A stretch of DNA of 58,315 bases, the filler included, from Bipalium vagum (taxonomy: Eukaryota): the NCBI GenBank assembly GCA_037834085.1. It is 3 parts of 3 records of this genome, joined end to end, with 100 filler letters (N's around TTAATTAATTAA, not from the genome) between each part and the next. Parts side by side here need not be neighbours in the genome. Positions count along the whole stretch, not along the records: positions 37,048 to 58,315 come from JBBMKC010239756.1; 2 more parts are not named here. One strand, given 5' to 3'. Made by a program: the position numbers and the translations under genes. This document shows positions 51,564 to 58,315 of the stretch, in pieces. Each line of letters begins with the position of its first letter. Within the stretch, counting starts at the first letter, position 1. The notes under the pieces were generated by a model that made no database searches, was not told the origin of the DNA, and saw only the letters and a program-made list of their open reading frames with translations.

Positions 51564-53091
51564 TTAGACGTTCTTAAAGGTATCCCATTCTGGCCAAAGC
51601 TTAGTAATAATTCGTTCACAGAATGAAATCAGATTAGGACATTTCGTTCGAATCCACTCAATATGAGGATAGTTGACACTTGGTATATATAATATTTGAG
51701 ATAAATGCCCAAATACGTAACAATCGACTGTGTTCATTTCATTACCGAGAAGATATTGTCTATCTCCCAAAATGTTTGATATTGCTAATAAGTCCTTCAT
51801 TCCGAGTTCATAAATCTCCAATGGGGAGTTTTTACCAATGCCATGGTATTTGGATCGTTTCATAAAAGCTCTGAAAATATGTATAATTAGGAAAAATAAT
51901 TTGAAGATTAAACATTAATTAAATTGTAAACAATTTTTATAATTTATAATAATAATTATTATAAAATTAATAATAATTATTATTATTAACATTATAATTA
52001 ACAATATTATTATTTTTATTATTATTATTATTACTCTTTTTTCCACGTTTTGTAATTCTTTTAATTTTTTAAAATATTTTAGTAAGAATTTTATTAAAAT
52101 CGAGATTTATTATTTATATATTTTTATTATTGGATCGTCCCAGTAATTTTAAAAAAAATATTATTAAAAATCAAAAATAACAGTGAAACTAAAATTTTAG
52201 TTTTCTAATTAAACTCTGCAACTATTAAAATGTCATTCTGGACTTATTAACAGTTACAGTCAAGGAAACAGAAGTAATATATATTATCATAACTACTGGT
52301 CGAAATTAGTTTCTGGAGACTAAAAAAATTTTTCTTTTTTTCATATTCATTTATTTTTTTTATTTTGCAGTTTATATTATCAGATGTACTGTGTTAAAAA
52401 TCTTTCTCTCGATGTTGTATTGTATATATGTTGTATCAATATAAAGAGGAAAACCAAAAATATAGACACGTCAAATAAAAAGGGCTACTTTAAATACCTG
52501 GGCATCAAAAACTTAACAATTCTTCTTCTAAATGAGCTGATGAATTCCCAACTTTCAATGAAATCTGCAGCTTTCTCCACATATCTGTAATAAAAGTAGC
52601 TCATCACAGTTTGGTTATCCAGCATCATTCCAACAGCCCTAGAGAGACCCTTCTCAAAAAGCGAAATCTAAAAGAAACCGAAATCATTTCCAATTATGGA
52701 ATGTCCCTAACATTATCTTCGCATTGAAATTCTTTCGAGAGGTAGTCTATTATGAAATTCGAGTCCGCTGTTTGTACCCCATTATATTCAATGAATGGAA
52801 TTTGTCCCTTTGATGACCATTTGGATACAGTCCTAACTGATTTGTATGGAATGTTCTTCAATTTCAACCATGTTTCCAGTTTGACGGAAAATGGAGAAAT
52901 ACACGATACATTTTTAGAAGGCGGAAACTTTATTTTAAAAATGAAATCAAATGTTTCTCAAATATTACTTGATAAAGATAGACTACATCCCTTTCGCAAC
53001 GTTCCAAATATAACTTTTTCTTTTTGCCTAATATAAAAATATACGAAATAGTCAAAATTATAGCCAAAATTCCGAATATGTAAGGTAACAT
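51564..53091 (-). CDS. FAXC: Failed axon connections (fax/FAXC)-like GST/metaxin-fold protein, about 271 aa
   Basis: Exons 53091-52969, 52927-52712, 52667-52498 and 51870-51564 total 816 nt and are phase-consistent. An N-terminal hydrophobic anchor is followed by DVVYLYQFP...SPFSVKLETWLK...SSKGQIPFIEYNG...ADSNFIIDYL and DLLAISNILGDRQYLLG...VDCYVFGHLSQ...CPNLISFCERI...WPEW. Confidence 0.92.
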
Positions 53092-54669
53092 TTTTTTCAA
53101 TGTAAATTGAAAACTTTATTGAAAAATAAATCAATATTCATCTCCATTGACCTTTGCACTTCTCTTCGGAATCCAACTTTCCAGTATTATTTTTATTAAA
53201 ATATTCACAAATAATATCAACATATAAATTGTGACGTCTTCTCTGATCTCCTTTGGTCCGAATTGTGAATTTTATCTTATTTGATGTAAGCCAAAGAAGG
53301 GTTTACAAATTTTCATTTTTATTTTTTCTATTTAATATAAACAAGTCAATGCTTTAAATTTGTAGAACAATGATTTTTGAATGTTATTTGTCAAAATTGT
53401 AGTAATTATGGGTGTTTACTAAAATTTAATAATACTTATTATTATACATGACAAAATAAACTTAATAACGTTGTGATGATTGATAAATGTAATTGTCATT
53501 TTACCAATGCTTTTTAAAGATCCAATTGATTTACATTTTCCTTTTAGATATTACTCAAAATTATATATTAATGATTAAGAACAAGTGCAAGAAAATGTCT
53601 GTACAAATTTTATCCGAATAATCATGGGATAATCAAAAGTTTGCTGTTTTGTATTTTTCACGAAAATACCTCCCAAAGCAAACAAGTTATTCCATTCAAT
53701 GTGATCTAATGGTTCTGCTTTAAAGTGTAATAAATCTTTAAATATTTCGTTTTGTTTATCTGAACTATTGGCCCCTGTAGGTTTACATGTGATATTTAAA
53801 ATTTTAATAATTATTTTTATTTTAGATCATTCATCATCACTTTATGGACTTTTTCGTGTGAAGCTTTACATTCATTGGACAGCCGGAATTTCAAAATATT
53901 AAATATTGTTTTCATTTTAGTTTCAGTAATGAAATTTGTAAAGAAAAGAAAATAAATCTTGAAAATATATTATAGTACTTTGATTTTGATTTGGAACTCT
54001 GGAACTCACCTTATGATGATGACAGTCGGATCATGTTTTTTTTATTACCATATTTTTATAAACATAATAAAACATAAAAGGAATATAAAAACGCATGACT
54101 TTTTTCAATATAAAACATTAAAAAATAGATAGAAATAATCAGATTTTATTTAATAAATCAAATATTATTGGGATCTTTTCTTTTAAAAGATATATCCCCA
54201 AGTCCACTCGTTCAAGTAAGACACCATTACCGTTCCCCTCCAGCATTTTGTCTTGGATTTTAAAGTGCCTCAGATAAACTTAATTCTCGGGGTATTGACA
54301 CTGACTTCTTTGTTTTTTATATCACTGTAGCTTTTCAAATCAAATACAAGTTTTCTTTTAGATATTTGATAGTTCTTTAATATTTTTTCAACAAAAAGTT
54401 AATAACTATTTTAGTATTTTTTTAATTAAACAACATTTAAAATTCGAATATCAATTATATATTCATAAATATAATGTTTATAAAATATAATTTTAACTCT
54501 ATCAGATAGAGCATCTTAAAATCTATAAATAAGAAAAATATCTATTAAATTTTTAACTTATATTCTTTTAATGTTCAATAACTTTCTAAATATAGATCGG
54601 ATCAAAATCATATTTTGTAATTATATAAATAATGATATGAGAATTAATTTTATACACTACTACTTGCAG

Positions 54670-55127
54670 ATTGCATTTTTGACTCAGTTGTGTTTCATCA
54701 GAATGGAGCACCTTGTCATTTTGCAAAGACCTTCCAAGAGTAACTAAACAAAACATTCCTTAATCGCTGGATTGGTCGTGATGGACCACATATATGGGCA
54801 GCACGCTCTCTTAATTGAACACCCTTACATTTTTATACTTTGGATTTCATTAAGTCTAACATGTACACTGGTTGGAGAATTTAAAATATTGCTGAGCTTG
54901 AAAATTTAATTACCGATGCAGTTAAGTAGATATCATCACAAATGATAGAAAACATGTTTCGTGAACCCAAGCTTCTTTTGTGTTATGTAGAGAAATTGAT
55001 GACCGCCTTGTAAAGATCTATTTATTTGTCTTATTTATTTTGAATAAAGCATTTTCTAAAATTAAAAGGCTTATTTTTCAAAATTTTTAATATTTTTTGA
55101 AATAGATATTGACTTTTGAATAACCTG
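54670..55127 (+). mobile_element. DD41D-like ITm 3' remnant
   Basis: Reads VFHQNGAPCH...NRWIGRDGPHIWAARS...TPLHF. The end matches cttttgaataacctg-TA. Confidence 0.75.
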
Positions 55128-55157
55128 TATAAAAAGACTATAAATGTTTACTATATA

Positions 55158-56382
55158 TTAGCCTGGTGCATAAATAATGTCCTTTTTTGGCATGTCATTA
55201 ATTTCATTCATTTTAATAAATGTTTTGCTTAAATATTCAATATATTTTGATAAAGTTTAGAAAGTAAATTTTATTATAAATTACTTTAAATGTTTTTTAA
55301 TTATCTTTTTTAGGCGATTTAACCGAATATGAAAAAATAGCAATATCGTACCATTTTTTGTACGAATACAAATGCTACCAAAACGGCTCGCAAAATGAAA
55401 AATGCATTTAGTCCTGCAACTGTCAATCAGCGTATGGTGCACTGTTGGCTTAAACGGTTTTGATACCCTTGAAGATGAGGATGGTCGCGATCGTTCACGT
55501 AAAGTTGACAATGATAAATTAAAGAAGATAATCGAAGCTGATTCATCAAAATTCACAAGGAAAGTCAGAGTAGAACTTGCGGCAGATCATGCAACAGTAC
55601 TTCGTCACTTAGACGAGATTGGAAAGGTGAAAAGATGGATAAGTGGGTACCACATGACCTGAGCCAAAAACAAAAAAATCATCGTTTCGAAATGGCATCT
55701 TCTCTGCTTTTGAGCAACAACCGCGACTCATTTCTCAATCGAATCGTGACGTGTGATGAGAAACGGATTCTCTAGGATAATTGGTGACGTTGTATAGAAA
55801 TGAAGCTCGGAAATATTTTCCAAAGCCAAATTTCCACTCTAAAAAAATTATGGTGACTGTTTTGTGGTCCATGGCCGATCTGATTCATCACACCTTCCTA
55901 AATCCGGGTGAAACTATTACAGTAGAAACAAAATGCCAGCAAATAGGTGAAATGCATAGGAAACTTCGAATTATCTGTCCGGGGCTGGTCAATAGAAAAG
56001 TTTTTATTCTGTTGTACGACAACGCATACCCACACTTCACACAAACAACATTGCAGAAAACAAAAAATTTGAGCTACTACCCCCCATATTCGCCAGACCT
56101 CTCGCCAACAGATATTCATTTCTTTTAGGCTCTGGATAATTACTTGGTCAATAGGTGTTTCGAAATCCGAGCCGATGCTGAAATGGCCTTTGATGAGTTT
56201 GTTGTCTCCAGGAACAAAGATTTTCATTCCACAGGCATAAATAAACTCATCACTCGATGGCAGAAATGTATTGCAATCGAGTGATGAAAATGATTTTGAT
56301 TACTAAAGTCTATTTTCCATTGAGTTATGACGTTTTTACTTTTATATAGCTGTAAAACGACATTATTTTTGCACCAACCTAA
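55158..56382 (+). mobile_element. Near-full-length mariner (DD34D), Hsmar1/cecropia-like TIRs, inactive
   Basis: TA-flanked TIRs ttagcctggtgcataaataatgtc and gacattatttttgcaccaacctaa. Frameshifted transposase with KWVPHDL, VTCDEKRI, LYDNAYPH and PYSPDLSPTDIHFF. Confidence 0.95.
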
Positions 56383-57289
56383 TATTATTAATTATTTTTT
56401 ATCTTTAGATTAATTTAACAACCACATACAGATTTTATATGTATGTCTCTGTTAGATAACGCTGACAAAGGAGCTTTCTATCTTTCTGTTTTTTAATTTC
56501 ATATATATATTTTCAATTTATATTTTTCTGGAAATTTAAGTCTCGTTTGGAGACATTCTAATCATTCTATGAACTTTATTTTTTTTACTTTCTATGAACA
56601 TTCAAAATTGAATCTCTCAAAAACAAACAAAACAGACTTTGATTTATTGTTTAAGGAATTTTGGTCCAGTAAAACAACTCATTTAAAATAATAATTTACT
56701 AAATTTAGAAAATTTTAAAAAACTTACGGTTTTTAATGAATTTACTAACTTAAATTAAAATGTTGAAAATTTGGTTCATAATTAGAAAGATTTCTTTTAA
56801 AATTAATATTTTTTTCAAATGGTCTTATTGTGAAAATTGGTGGTATATAAACCCATAAAATGTCCTATCAATCTCAGCTTAAAACTTACAAGAACACACT
56901 TCAGTTATGATGATTATGATGAGCTCTAATATCATTATTTTTGAAGAAAATTAAAATAAATAAAATTAAAAACGAAAAATTGTAAATTTTGTTTTTAATT
57001 TGATCTTTATTCCTTTTTATTTAAAAGAATATTATTTTCCTTAGATTGAACTTCATTATTTTATTTTTTCAATCTATAATGATTATGAAGTCACCATATT
57101 TTTCATCAAATAATTTTATACCACTTTTAAATATAAACATGAATTTTTTAAATCAACATATCACCATAAAATATCACAAACCTCATAAAGTAGGCCATCA
57201 GTCACAATAAAGAAAATATCCTGCAGTTAAAGTGTAGGAGACAATACAAATTTAAACCTAAAATAAATTTGAAGAAGAGCAAATTGTTT

Positions 57290-57587
57290 TCATGGGTCAA
57301 TTGTCGAAGGAATACCAACGAAAGAAAATTGAACCTCATCAGATGGATCACCGAATAGCTTAAGGAAGAGAGCTAGACATCTAGTTTGAAAACCTGGGAC
57401 AAAGGTGCATTGGGGTTTCTTGTTAAAAAGAGCACTTTCAATAGCCTCCGTAACTTCATGGGTGTTTCCGCTTTCCATTTTTCTCATTTCTTCGATTTTG
57501 GTTTGACATTTATTCATGTATTTTGCTCCAAATACTTTTTCCTCTTCGGCACCATGTGGTCTGTCTTGTTCTCCAAAAATATTAGTT
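57290..57587 (-). CDS. Terminal exon of a short-chain dehydrogenase (RDH/HSD17B6/BDH1-like C-terminus); rest of gene upstream or outside the window
   Basis: CAG acceptor at 57588-57590, then TNIF...FGAKYM...SGNTHEVTEAIESALFNKKPQCTFVPGFQTR, resembling KTNx...YGxxY...DxxxVxxAxEHALxxxxPxxRYxxG. Confidence 0.6.
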
Positions 57588-58244
57588 CTGTTGGGATTAA
57601 ATAAATAAACATATCAACATCATCGAAAATATTTTGAATGAAATTATTTTTATTAATAATATATTTTTTTAATATATTATCTTCAGTCACTGTAAATTAA
57701 ACAAGATTCTTTTTCTTTTCAATCATCGAGATGCAAATTTTTTGCAATAATGCTTAAAAATAAATTAAATTTATTATAATATATTATTTATATTTATATA
57801 TATTTATTATAATATATCTAAACATATTAATGAAACAAATATTTATGAAATAACATTTAAGGACTAAAATAAATTTTTGATGTCCAAATTTTCGTTCAAT
57901 GAATTTCCGAAAATTTATTTCACTCAATGGATATCGAGCATTTACAGATCATTGTGAGAAAATATCTCTTCGTAAATATCTGAAAAAGTATTTCTTTTTT
58001 TATAATGAAAAATTGGTGTATCTTTCAAAAGATCAGTAAAATATCGAAGACTGATATTTATATCAAAGTACCAACTTTATGAAATTCTTACAGCTGCTCA
58101 AAGGTTATTTTCATATGTTCAATTCTTATTCTTAATTTAATGGTGATAGTAATGATCTTAGTAAAAAATAATTATGATAACAGTTATATTGTTTATAATA
58201 TTAATAATAACCAAATTGATAATGTGAAGGACTTAAAAATAATT

Positions 58245-58264
58245 AATTTTATTATTGTTATTAC

Positions 58265-58315
<51 letters not shown>
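58245..58315. repeat. (TTA)n microsatellite
   Basis: Directly visible. Confidence 0.95.

Noticed and set aside
51680-53036. Plus-strand ORFs 51680-51865, 52384-52590 and 52752-53036
   Set aside because: Antisense shadows of fax exons.
1-58315. CRISPR arrays, tRNA, rRNA, spliced-leader RNA or prokaryotic operons
   Set aside because: None recognised by eye; the sequence is eukaryotic. A tRNAscan or Infernal run would be needed to exclude small RNAs.

Overview
This is very AT-rich, intron-containing animal DNA. The 41-59 nt mini-introns, (TAA)n microsatellites and dense Tc1/mariner debris suggest a planarian-type flatworm (inference). The window has one plain N gap and two artificial 100-bp N/TTAATTAATTAA linkers. 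Host genes I could reconstruct by hand: a divergent EPS8-like gene (minus, 10 exons, 5' end unresolved), an intronless LicD/fukutin-family nucleotidyltransferase-fold gene (plus), the 5' part of PP2A methylesterase PPME1 (plus, 8 exons), a complete failed-axon-connections/FAXC-like gene (minus, 4 exons), and the last exon of an RDH/HSD17B-type SDR (minus). Mobile DNA includes more than 15 dead Tc1/mariner/pogo-type elements, two Penelope-like (PLE) GIY-YIG remnants and a Polinton-type DNA polymerase B fragment. The strongest non-obvious signal is a family of four minimal type I hammerhead ribozyme motifs: two follow the PLE GIY-YIG remnants, and two sit in sense orientation in EPS8-like introns. 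The second is the anchor-less, intronless LicD gene lying roughly midway between two degenerate inverted repeat copies. All homology calls are from visual motif recognition, not database searches.
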